IMG/VR virus record: IMGVR_UViG_3300031519_000176 | Span: 1-27,064 of that record | DNA from: a virus | Taxonomy: Duplodnaviria > Caudoviricetes | Direction: 5' to 3' (one strand) | Length of the DNA: 27,064 nucleotides | Part shown: positions 17,393 through 25,076 of the stretch, piece after piece | Layout: every line of letters begins with the position of its first letter | How positions within the stretch are numbered: position 1 is the stretch's first letter | Position numbers and translations under genes: made by a program | The notes under the pieces: generated by a model | Seen by the model: only the letters and a program-made list of their open reading frames with translations | Databases searched by the model: none | Told to the model about the DNA's origin: nothing

Positions 17393-17530
17393 CGCTCTTC
17401 CGATTTCTGACGCCAACCTAGACGCCTCGACTTGCAACGCCCGCAACCGGTTTGGTTGCCACGATGGGCAATTTTTGTTCATCTCCGCCATGACCTTGTT
17501 CCGCTCTTTGATTAATTCTTGCTTATTCAT
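17387..17530 (-). CDS. Small hypothetical protein (47 aa)
   Basis: MNKQELIKERNK...GRAA with AGGGAG SD; first gene after a putative promoter. Confidence 0.6.
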   Translation of the reverse strand: MNKQELIKERNKVMAEMNKNCPSWQPNRLRALQVEASRLASEIGRAA

Positions 17531-17574
17531 ATCTATCTCCCTGGTTAGTGGCTGTGTCCCCAGCCGATGAAGTA

Positions 17575-17632
17575 ATAGTCGCATACATCATCTAATAGTG
17601 TAAAGTTTTTTTACACTTTTTTTTGTTTTTTT
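17575..17632 (-). promoter_or_regulatory. Putative sigma70-type promoter with A-tract UP element and palindromic operator
   Basis: A tracts, TTTACA (-35), 18 nt, GACTAT (weak -10); palindrome AGTGTAAA-N5-TTTACACT at 17597..17617. Confidence 0.5.
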
Positions 17633-17901
17633 TAATCGACTGGGATCGCCTGGATTACTCTCACCCAAACATATATCCGCCGGTCGCTGTCTTGGCGCAT
17701 GTCCCAGTCAATGCAATCCGGCCACCGAGCAACCACCCGCTCCAGGGTGCGACCGAATTCCCTATGGTTTCCGCCACGGAACCGATATTCGTCTTTGATG
17801 TAAAAATAGGGCCTTGACTCCCCTATGAACTCATTAAGCGATCGGATGACCGCCAGCGTGTTGATATCTAATGACATTGATCGGCCCAGGTCTTTAGACA
17901 C
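17632..17901 (-). CDS. Hypothetical protein
   Basis: 89-aa ORF co-oriented with the operon; no recognisable motif; start uncertain. Confidence 0.5.
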   Translation of the reverse strand: MSKDLGRSMSLDINTLAVIRSLNEFIGESRPYFYIKDEYRFRGGNHREFGRTLERVVARWPDCIDWDMRQDSDRRIYVWVRVIQAIPVD

Positions 17902-17914
17902 TCCAGCGCGGCAA

Positions 17915-18090
17915 GGGAATCCCCTTACCCCGTAGCCCTCCGGGCGTAGTGGGTGGGGGGATTAAAACCCCCCAATTTATTGGGGGTTTATCCCTTCCCG
18001 CTAGGATGTCTTGATTTTTTTTAACTACACCACCACCACCTCTATATATAGGGGGGTAGGGGGTGGTGGGGTGTGTAATTTCTTTACGCT
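17915..18090. other. Putative replication origin / structured non-coding region after the helicase
   Basis: G and C runs, (CAC)n, central TATATATA, inverted repeat at 17965..17989, AT tracts. Confidence 0.4.
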
Positions 18091-18093
18091 TTT

Positions 18094-19173
18094 TCACTTT
18101 AAAACCAAGAACCCGGTCAAAATTCCGTTTTTGTTGAAAACCTCCTCGATCTCCCTCGATCCTCTGAGATAGTCGTATATCTCCCGCCTTTTTCCGTCGT
18201 ATTGGTGCGGAAAATTAACCCCTACCCTGCCGGATGGCGCGGCGGGTCTTTTGCCTGTTTCATGGATATATTTCTCACCCTGCCAGGCGTCAACAATCTG
18301 GTCGATCTCTTTTCGCACCATTTCGTTTTTCATTTCATCCGCCAGCTGGCTAGCCATGTCCTGATCTTTTTCGCTGAATGGGGTCCAGTCCAAAATAGAC
18401 ATTTCAGCCGAACCGTTCTCGAACTCTACCGGCACCCGGCGCATTGTCCCCGACCACGATGGCGGTTGATCGACCAGGCGCCACCGATCCTTTTCCCAGT
18501 TCGCTATCGTTAGATTTAACTTTTGGTCGTATTGCACATTTATCGAATAATCGATGTTCCCAATCAGCGCAGACGCCCCCCTGGCTGATCTTCCCTCGCT
18601 TGCCTTGCTGGTGTGGTGCGCCAGAATAATCGTACCCATTGGGTCTATGGCCGAAAGAATTCGGTCCTCTAAAACGCCGATCAACCTGGACGCCTCGCGA
18701 TTATCGTTTTCATCAAACGAAAAAGCCGTCGCCACCGTGTCAAAAACACACATCGCCGCCGGGTGTTCCATCGATAGCAACCACGCCTCAATCAAATCAA
18801 GATCCCGCGTGTCGAGCGCCAGGTTTGGCAGCGAGTGGAGGCCAAACTCTGGCTTGCCTTCCAAGTTCATCACATAGGCTTTCATTCGCGCTTGGATGTG
18901 CCCCAGCGACTCGCTGAACATTACCACCGGGCCGGGCTTTATCGGTATCCCTTGCCATTCAGTTCGACCGTGTATCATGTGCGCGATCAGGTCACAAATC
19001 AGATGGGATTTTCCCGAGTTGCTAGGCCCGTAGACCATCCCGATCGATCTGGCTGGAATCAGCTTTTCAAGCATCCATTCCGGTTGTCTAATTTTAAAAT
19101 CCCACGGCCGATTCGGGTCGTATTTCGAGATTTTGCAAGCGTTGTATCTTTCCCAAAAATGCTCATCGCTCAT
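18094..19173 (-). CDS. RepA-like (RSF1010-type, AAA_25) replicative helicase
   Basis: WMLEKLIP, Walker A YGPSNSGKS, Walker B CVFDT, FDEND, ILAHHTSK, ARGASAL. Confidence 0.9.
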   Translation of the reverse strand: MSDEHFWERYNACKISKYDPNRPWDFKIRQPEWMLEKLIPARSIGMVYGPSNSGKSHLICDLIAHMIHGRTEWQGIPIKPGPVVMFSESLGHIQARMKAYVMNLEGKPEFGLHSLPNLALDTRDLDLIEAWLLSMEHPAAMCVFDTVATAFSFDENDNREASRLIGVLEDRILSAIDPMGTIILAHHTSKASEGRSARGASALIGNIDYSINVQYDQKLNLTIANWEKDRWRLVDQPPSWSGTMRRVPVEFENGSAEMSILDWTPFSEKDQDMASQLADEMKNEMVRKEIDQIVDAWQGEKYIHETGKRPAAPSGRVGVNFPHQYDGKRREIYDYLRGSREIEEVFNKNGILTGFLVLK

Positions 19174-19582
19174 TGTTTCCCCTTAGTCTAGAACGCGCGT
19201 CGCGTAGTTTTTCCGCCCTTTCTGGGTCTATTTTTGATAAAAGCCGGCCGATCACCAAAGCGTCGGACTCGCTAATTGTTGACTCACCTTTGGCGATGGC
19301 GCCTTCCATTACCATCAACAAAAAATCACAATATTCAAGGTCTGCTCTTCTGTACGCCTGCGGTTTGTAGTCGTCGCCTTCAACCAGGCCGCGACGTTCA
19401 AGTTCGCGAGCAAGGTCAGAAAACCGACAACCATGTCGACAACCCACCAACAGATCAACGGATTGACCGATTTTTATGTGAAATCGATCATGTCCGCCGC
19501 AAATCGGACATGGGCCCTTGTATTCAGAGCCCGAGCGTCGCAACCCCAGGGAATCGGCGACCATTTGCAGGTCGCCACGCAT
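19163..19582 (-). CDS. Stand-alone primase zinc-ribbon domain protein
   Basis: GLRRSGSEYKGPCPICGGHDRF...CRHGC is the P4 alpha/T7-type primase Zn-binding motif; no catalytic domain follows. Confidence 0.82.
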   Translation of the reverse strand: MRGDLQMVADSLGLRRSGSEYKGPCPICGGHDRFHIKIGQSVDLLVGCRHGCRFSDLARELERRGLVEGDDYKPQAYRRADLEYCDFLLMVMEGAIAKGESTISESDALVIGRLLSKIDPERAEKLRDARSRLRGNNER

Positions 19583-20016
19583 CAGAAGGGAATATCATCC
19601 TCTGCAATTGGATCAAGCGCCGGGGGCCCAACCACGCGAGCTGTCATTGCCTGGGCTGCTTTCGTCACCCTGAACGACTTGGGACGCAGGAAAGAGCCGT
19701 CGTTTTCCAGCAATGCGTCGAGCTGCTTTCCCACAATTTCCACCGGGTTCATCGGGTCGCGCAGCGAATTGCAGCCGCAGGCGATCATTATCTGAGCCAG
19801 TTCCCGACGGGCTATTTCGTCAGCTTTGGGGTTTGGGTGTCCAATATTGAGATTCAGCCAGCACTTGCCGCCAGGCGCGCCCAGCGTCACGGACACGTAT
19901 TGATTGCCCTTTGAACTGGTTTTGTTGATTACTTCTTCAATTTTTACGCTGTGCCACCCTTCCGAAAGTCCGGTTCCGCCGGTTTGGTTGAGATAGTCTT
20001 GGGCATTAAATGACAT
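19582..20016 (-). CDS. Single-stranded DNA-binding protein-like (DUF669-like)
   Basis: 144 aa, KTSSKGNQY, acidic tail ending EDDIPF; follows the Sak4-like gene. Confidence 0.8.
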   Translation of the reverse strand: MSFNAQDYLNQTGGTGLSEGWHSVKIEEVINKTSSKGNQYVSVTLGAPGGKCWLNLNIGHPNPKADEIARRELAQIMIACGCNSLRDPMNPVEIVGKQLDALLENDGSFLRPKSFRVTKAAQAMTARVVGPPALDPIAEDDIPF

Positions 20017-20051
20017 TTTTTATTTCCTCTGTTGTTTAAAAATCACGCTGA

Positions 20052-20780
20052 TTAGCGCAATGCTTTCATAAATTCGGACCAATCCAGCGGCATCTCCGCC
20101 GGCAATCCGAACCGATTTTTTGCCACCCAGGCTGGGCGTTCCTCCGTATACATGACACGTTCACCGGAGCCCGTTCCCCGAGTTCTAACCCGGCCACGAT
20201 CCTCGGTTTTAATTGTCTGATACACCTGGTTCGCAAAAAATATCGCGTCGGAGTGTTCAGAGACTAAATCCGCCGCTTTGTTTTGTAGTTTTATCACGTA
20301 CCGATCAAACGCCTCGGCATCTGGGGCCTCAAAACGCTTGACGGCCGAATGACCGATCAACACGGTCGCCATGCGCTTTTCGGATCGCAAATAATTGACA
20401 CGATCAAGAAATTCTCGCCAATACTTCAGCGCCTCAACGTATCCCCGACCATAGCCGGGTTGCTCGATTGACTGCCATTTATTCGCCTCGCAGGTATGGG
20501 CCCATATCAATGGCTCCAACCAGTCGAGAGAGTCGACGATAAGCGTCCGGTATTCATGCTCGCCCTGTATCAGCGAATCAAGCGCCGACCGCACATCTTG
20601 GTAACTTTTAGGCGTAGGAAACGCATCCGCTTCAATTTTCCCCAGCCCGTCCTCAATGGGCAAAAATATCGGATTCGGGGCCGCAGCGCCGAACGTCGTT
20701 TTTCCGACTCCCGCCGGGCCATAAATCAACACTCTCGGCGGTTTTTTGGCGCCGCCTTTCGTGATGCTTTTCATCTCCAT
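20052..20780 (-). CDS. Sak4-like ssDNA-annealing ATPase (AAA_24)
   Basis: LIYGPAGVGKTTF, IEDG, TLIVDSLDWLE, GYGRGY, LIGHS, AKNRFGLP. Confidence 0.92.
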   Translation of the reverse strand: MEMKSITKGGAKKPPRVLIYGPAGVGKTTFGAAAPNPIFLPIEDGLGKIEADAFPTPKSYQDVRSALDSLIQGEHEYRTLIVDSLDWLEPLIWAHTCEANKWQSIEQPGYGRGYVEALKYWREFLDRVNYLRSEKRMATVLIGHSAVKRFEAPDAEAFDRYVIKLQNKAADLVSEHSDAIFFANQVYQTIKTEDRGRVRTRGTGSGERVMYTEERPAWVAKNRFGLPAEMPLDWSEFMKALR

Positions 20781-21164
20781 TTAAAAGCTCTCCCTTATTA
20801 GTCCACAAAAAAGCTCCAGCGAAATCTCGCAGGAACATCGAAAATCATTTTCGTCATAGATATCGGTCGGGTATGCCACTAAAACCCGCCAGGGCGATCT
20901 GTCAGCGCGGAAACACACCGCTGGCGACTTATCCACCCTCTGCGCTTGCCGCACCGCCTGGGCCCAGAACTGGGCCTTTTCTGCGTTTCCGATATTGGCG
21001 TATCGCTTGCATTCAATCGCGAAATAATCGAGCCCGATCAAATCATGTCCACCGCCAAATGATTGGGCAAGGTTTCGCTGTAGGCGTACCCCGGTTTGAT
21101 CCTCTATTTCACGGATCAATTCGCGCTCCCCGCTGGCGCCCTTGTTTCGACTACTCGCCCCCAT
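20781..21164 (-). CDS. Holliday junction resolvase-like PD-(D/E)xK nuclease
   Basis: SRNKGASGERE...GGHDL...AIECKR...W.QA...PAV.FR...W motif. Confidence 0.85.
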   Translation of the reverse strand: MGASSRNKGASGERELIREIEDQTGVRLQRNLAQSFGGGHDLIGLDYFAIECKRYANIGNAEKAQFWAQAVRQAQRVDKSPAVCFRADRSPWRVLVAYPTDIYDENDFRCSCEISLELFCGLIRESF

Positions 21165-21381
21165 GCCGCCGCTTTTCCTTCATTTTCCGCCATTCCCGTT
21201 TTTGAATTTCTCGCCGATATGCGCCTGGCAGCTGCACCGCAACGCCCAGCAAAAACGCGCCCCACAATGGCGACAGAACCCACCACCATGACCACGCCAA
21301 AAGCCCCGCCAGCTTCAGCCCGACAAATAACAGGATGAAATTATCGATCAGCCGACCCACTCGCTCACTCTGCTCGCTCAC
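21151..21381 (-). CDS. Small membrane protein
   Basis: LKLAGLLAWSWWWVLSPLW motif typical of small phage TM proteins; GGAGG SD before GTG 21381. Confidence 0.7.
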   Translation of the reverse strand: MSEQSERVGRLIDNFILLFVGLKLAGLLAWSWWWVLSPLWGAFLLGVAVQLPGAYRREIQKREWRKMKEKRRHGGE

Positions 21382-21526
21382 GAATAAGCACCTCCGCTTG
21401 AATTCTGCGAACGTCAGGAATTGCACCCTTGCCGCGCCAGATGTAGATCGTCTGCCTCGTCACGCCGAGCGCGCGCGCTGTTTGCGAGACACCGCCGAAA
21501 GCTTTGATGATTTCTTCGAGTTCCAT
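21365..21526 (-). CDS. cro: Cro-like helix-turn-helix regulator (53 aa)
   Basis: IIKAFGGVSQTARALGVTRQTIYIW...IP..R..Q signature; first gene of the leftward operon. Confidence 0.85.
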   Translation of the reverse strand: MELEEIIKAFGGVSQTARALGVTRQTIYIWRGKGAIPDVRRIQAEVLIRERAE

Positions 21527-21543
21527 TTTTCGGTCCGTAGTAT

Positions 21544-21572
21544 TTGACAGGGGAATCCTAACCGCATACATT
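21544..21572 (+). promoter_or_regulatory. Sigma70 promoter for the exonuclease gene
   Basis: TTGACA-17 nt-TACATT. Confidence 0.7.
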
Positions 21573-21584
21573 TGCCTGTGTCAA
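21555..21584 (-). promoter_or_regulatory. Sigma70 promoter for the cro/replication operon
   Basis: TTGACA-18 nt-TAGGAT on the minus strand, overlapping the rightward promoter. Confidence 0.65.
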
Positions 21585-21615
21585 ATTTTTATACATCAAA
21601 AGGTTGGAGTGTCGC

Positions 21616-22548
21616 ATGGTTGGAAAATTATCAGATGATCGAAAAATGTCCGGTTCAAGAATCCCGATTCTTTACTGTTGGAATCATGGGGTGCCACATC
21701 CCTGGTCAACGCCAAACGACGAACTCCGAAAGTCAATTCAGGCAAGCGCCGGGGAATATAAATCGTTCGACATTGGGGAGCCTGGAATTGTGGGTAATCT
21801 ACTTGAGCCGGCCCTGGTTGAAAGTGCTTGCGAGAGCCTGGGCCTTCCCAGTCCCGAATTGACCCCGGCCGTTTATAAAACAGAGACGTTTGAAGCGAGC
21901 TGCGACGGACTGGTTCAGGTCGATGATCCGGTAACGGTTTTCAGCGATGGGATTATTCAAGTCGAGGGCGGCGAGCTGGTTTTGTCGGGCTCGGTCCCTA
22001 TTGAGTGCAAATGCACCATTGCGCCGCCAACGGATGAGATTCCCTTGTACCGGGGACCGATTCAGCTGCAAGCCCAAATGTTGGCCACGAAATCAGATTT
22101 TGGGATCATCATCACCCTGCACCGAGGCATTGAACGTCGGATTCATGTGGTCAAAGCCAACCCGGTGATTCAATCCGAAATCAATCAGATTTGCGCGGAA
22201 TTTCAATCTCGGGTACTGACTGAGCGATGGTATCCCCCGGTCAACGTCGACGACGCTGTGATACCTCCCGCAGCGAACGAAAAAACATCGGTCGACGTTC
22301 CGCATCTGGTTGAAGAAATAAGCGACCTGGAGCGATTGCGGAGCGAGAGGGCCGATATCGACGAGCAGATTGCAGGGCTGGAATTGAAAATAATGGATTC
22401 GCTGGGCGAGGCTCAAATGGGAACCTCGGGGCCCTACCTGGTCGAATGGCCGGTTCGGCATTACAAGGAACAGCCGGAAAAGGTCACGCCGGCCAAACCG
22501 GCCCGAACGATACGTTTGAAAACGCTAAAAATTCGCGCTATGGTGTAA
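21616..22548 (+). CDS. YqaJ / lambda-exonuclease family nuclease
   Basis: SGS...PWSTP, GNLLEP, ASCDG, IECK, IQLQAQM; GGAG SD before ATG 21616; terminator downstream. Confidence 0.88.
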   Translation: MVGKLSDDRKMSGSRIPILYCWNHGVPHPWSTPNDELRKSIQASAGEYKSFDIGEPGIVGNLLEPALVESACESLGLPSPELTPAVYKTETFEASCDGLVQVDDPVTVFSDGIIQVEGGELVLSGSVPIECKCTIAPPTDEIPLYRGPIQLQAQMLATKSDFGIIITLHRGIERRIHVVKANPVIQSEINQICAEFQSRVLTERWYPPVNVDDAVIPPAANEKTSVDVPHLVEEISDLERLRSERADIDEQIAGLELKIMDSLGEAQMGTSGPYLVEWPVRHYKEQPEKVTPAKPARTIRLKTLKIRAMV

Positions 22549-22584
22549 GCGACCGCGAGCGGTCAATACTCCCTAAAGTCCTTT

Positions 22585-22606
22585 CCCGGCTCCGGCCGGG
22601 TTTTTT
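22585..22606 (+). terminator. Intrinsic terminator between convergent genes
   Basis: CCCGGC-TCCG-GCCGGG followed by TTTTTT. Confidence 0.8.
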
Positions 22607-22829
22607 ATTCCTCATCGTCGACGATCTCAAATTCGTATTCCGCATATTTTTCGGCCGAAATTATTATGGTCAAGATTTCGAGGGGCGTTTTATCGACCGA
22701 TACCCCGTCGGGGAACAATCCACAATAGACCAATGAGCATCCCTCGCGACCGCGCTCCGGTGACACCGCCAGGATTTCGGTTGATCGAATAAAAAGGGGG
22801 CCCAGCGGCGTTTCGAGTTTAATCATCAT
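22605..22829 (-). CDS. Hypothetical protein
   Basis: 74 aa, start overlaps the HNH stop; last gene of the late operon. Confidence 0.6.
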   Translation of the reverse strand: MMIKLETPLGPLFIRSTEILAVSPERGREGCSLVYCGLFPDGVSVDKTPLEILTIIISAEKYAEYEFEIVDDEE

Positions 22830-23367
22830 CTGCCCACCTATTACCCTTTTTTGAATTTTCCGATGCCGTCAATATCTGCAAATTCCAAGGAACGTGCAAG
22901 CCGCAAACCTTTTCGTGTATCAGAGGGATGATGTGGTCGACGGAATGTGCCATTCCTGTCTCCACTGTCATCGTTCTGGATTTATCATATATTGCATCAA
23001 TTTCGGATCGTGCCTCGTCGCTGTCGCGACAGGTATTTGCAAGGTTTAATAATCTCCCTCGCTCCGTCTTAGATCGACGCAATGCCGCTCGATGGCTTGG
23101 TCGACATACTCTGGCACGATTTAAAATATAGGCGTTTTTCCGATAATGCTCTCGCCAGTATTCGTTACGATTGCCTCGGTTTTTGTCGTATTGACGCCAA
23201 CGCCGCCGCATCTCGTTCGGGTCGATTTCTAAGCGATCGAGTTGAGAGCAAGTGAAACACTGCCGGTTTGATACGAATCGGGGTGACTGGTGGCCAAATT
23301 TGCAGGGTTTGCCGGTGCAATAGTAACGCGCTCCGACGGTCCTGGCTTCGGATACGCTTCCAATCAT
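22819..23367 (-). CDS. HNH endonuclease
   Basis: HSVDHIIPL...VCGLHVPWNLQILTASENSKKGN; N-terminal TGKPCKFGH...C..C Zn motif. Confidence 0.92.
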   Translation of the reverse strand: MIGSVSEARTVGARYYCTGKPCKFGHQSPRFVSNRQCFTCSQLDRLEIDPNEMRRRWRQYDKNRGNRNEYWREHYRKNAYILNRARVCRPSHRAALRRSKTERGRLLNLANTCRDSDEARSEIDAIYDKSRTMTVETGMAHSVDHIIPLIHEKVCGLHVPWNLQILTASENSKKGNRWADDD

Positions 23368-23369
23368 TA

Positions 23370-23798
23370 TTAGCTCGGCAATTCGTCAGATTTGATAACC
23401 TGGGAAATCCTCAACGCTCGATCACCTACCTGATCAGCCCAGCGCGATCTCAGCATTTCATCGCCGGCCTCATCGAATTTTTCAGACCTCAACAGCTCTA
23501 TCGTTTTCGTAAACTTGGAAAGTCCGAATGTGCCCAGGTTAAACGCCATGTTTACGACAGCGGCCTGGCGGTTCGGCGATAAGTCGCGCCAGAATGGAAG
23601 CATCAGATCCAGCTCTTTAATTATTCGAACAATGTCATTTTCGAGCATGAACTGGGCTTCAGCTTTGCCGATCCCGTTGTCTTGAAGGTTTCGACCTACG
23701 CCAATAGTCAGTTTTCCCGCAGTGCAATAGTAAGGCTTTAGCCGAATTCCTTCGTCTTGCTCCAGCCAGCGCGAAAGCGCCTTAAAATCCAACCCCAT
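23370..23798 (-). CDS. Endolysin, T4-like lysozyme (GH24)
   Basis: DEGIRLKPYYCTAGKLTIGVGRNL, NMAFNLG, EMLRSRWADQVGDRA. Confidence 0.93.
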   Translation of the reverse strand: MGLDFKALSRWLEQDEGIRLKPYYCTAGKLTIGVGRNLQDNGIGKAEAQFMLENDIVRIIKELDLMLPFWRDLSPNRQAAVVNMAFNLGTFGLSKFTKTIELLRSEKFDEAGDEMLRSRWADQVGDRALRISQVIKSDELPS

Positions 23799-23813
23799 GA
23801 ACGAACCCCCCGG

Positions 23814-24212
23814 TCACGGCTTTTTGATTTTCGAAACGATTTTCTCGCCTGATCGCGCCACGACATAGCCACCCAATCCGATCTGTAAAAGCATCCACGC
23901 CTCATCCCTTAGCGGATTGGGTAGCCACCCGAGCGAATCCCCGACCGCTAGAGCAAGAAATGTCAGCATGGTAATAGGTCGCCAGGTTGCTGTTATCCAG
24001 TGCTCAGATTGAGCCTCTGCCTGGACGATCCCGGCTTTTGATCTCAGTGTTTCGGCTTCGTAGTCAAACACGCGTTGCATGGCGGCGGCTTGTACATCTA
24101 GCAAATGCCCCTTTGCCTTGAGCCTCTCTTCGTCGGACGTATGCAATTCATCGACCAGCTCCGCCGCCGGCTTGAATATTCCAGCAATTAGCTCAACCAC
24201 TCCCACGCTCAT
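23814..24212 (-). CDS. Putative holin (3TM/GTA-type)
   Basis: TSDEERL, EAQSEHWITATWRP, hydrophobic segments, GGYV..RS.EK; immediately upstream of the endolysin. Confidence 0.75.
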   Translation of the reverse strand: MSVGVVELIAGIFKPAAELVDELHTSDEERLKAKGHLLDVQAAAMQRVFDYEAETLRSKAGIVQAEAQSEHWITATWRPITMLTFLALAVGDSLGWLPNPLRDEAWMLLQIGLGGYVVARSGEKIVSKIKKP

Positions 24213-24424
24213 TCTTCGTATTGGTCGCCGTGGATAATTTTTTGCACCGTTCGTGTTTCATATATACGAATGGCGGTCCAGATTAAAGTGAACAGAGCCG
24301 CCAGGGGCGGCAAGATCGCGCCGATGGTGCCGAGCATTGTCGCGACACTTGCGAAATCAATCAAATTTTTTGTGGCTTCGTCCATGTCGATGATCTGCTT
24401 GATTGGTTTCGTCGATTGTAACAT
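24209..24424 (-). CDS. Small membrane protein (holin/antiholin-like)
   Basis: LPPLAALFTLIWTAIRIYET TM motif; GAGG SD before ATG 24424 (alternative start 24385). Confidence 0.6.
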   Translation of the reverse strand: MLQSTKPIKQIIDMDEATKNLIDFASVATMLGTIGAILPPLAALFTLIWTAIRIYETRTVQKIIHGDQYEE

Positions 24425-24434
24425 TTGGTCAGCC

Positions 24435-24743
24435 TCACGCCATGTCAAAACGCTTGACGTCAGCCGAAGAAATAATCAAACGCGCGCGCGTCAGATCGGC
24501 ATAATAGGCATTTTCGCAATGATGCGGGCGCCACCATTTGAAGGCTCGGTCAATCGCAACCTGGAGACGCTTCCATCGAGGCTTTGCGCGTAGTCTCCAG
24601 CAGCGGCCAGAGAGAGACTCGTTTGTGTTACCACCCAAAAATATCGTGACGCTGATCAGCTGAGAGACTGAGCAGCCCACCCGCAAACCATAATCAATAA
24701 AACGCTGAACGATAATGGTATACATAGCCCGATAATTACGCAT
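24435..24743 (-). CDS. Hypothetical phage protein
   Basis: SQL...GNTNESLSGRCWR...IDRAF.W...HC..AY pattern seen in phage genes near tail/lysis modules. Confidence 0.65.
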   Translation of the reverse strand: MRNYRAMYTIIVQRFIDYGLRVGCSVSQLISVTIFLGGNTNESLSGRCWRLRAKPRWKRLQVAIDRAFKWWRPHHCENAYYADLTRARLIISSADVKRFDMA

Positions 24744-24755
24744 AAATAAACCCCG

Positions 24756-25076
24756 TCACCCATCTTTTTGATCATAAGACCCATCTTTTTGGTCACCTGC
24801 CCCTTCCTCTACAACGACTTTTTCATTGCAGACAGCAGAGTTGCCGCCAAAAGTGAGGCTATTGTCTAAACAGACCTCTGTAACCTCTACAACTGGAGTC
24901 AACGGGCGAAGGTCAAAGCCGCCCGCGTTAAACCTAGTAAACGTCCATGCAGTATTTTCTTCAACGTAAACCTTAGAGCCGACAGGCAAGTCAATAACAG
25001 TACCGTCAGCTAAGTAAATCTCAGCAGCAGACGCGGTAAAAGCAACTAAAGCTAATAGGAAAGTTAATGCCTTCAT
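24756..25076 (-). CDS. Exported protein with Sec signal peptide
   Basis: MKALTFLLALVAFTASA|AEIY; two Cys; coupled by ATGA to the upstream lipoprotein gene. Confidence 0.75.
   Translation of the reverse strand: MKALTFLLALVAFTASAAEIYLADGTVIDLPVGSKVYVEENTAWTFTRFNAGGFDLRPLTPVVEVTEVCLDNSLTFGGNSAVCNEKVVVEEGAGDQKDGSYDQKDG
24758..24795. repeat. Imperfect tandem duplication, 21-bp period
   Basis: acccatctttttgatca (24758..24774) and acccatctttttggtca (24779..24795); encodes DQKDG twice. Confidence 0.75.

Noticed and set aside
17894-18097. 67-aa ORF (PTTPYPP...GGGG)
   Set aside because: Low-complexity translation of G/C runs and dyads; better explained as non-coding.
19175-19181. Slippery G GGA AAC that might fuse the Zn-ribbon protein to the helicase
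   Set aside because: The -1 frame reads GGG AAA CAA TGA and stops at once; the helicase is in the +1 frame with its own ATG, and the G run probably serves as its SD.
173-21547. Numerous plus-strand ORFs in the track
   Set aside because: Antisense shadows of well-supported minus-strand genes with no recognisable motifs.
21799-22461. Minus-strand ORFs inside the exonuclease gene as a possible hidden repressor
   Set aside because: No HTH or peptidase S24 motif; antisense to a well-supported gene.
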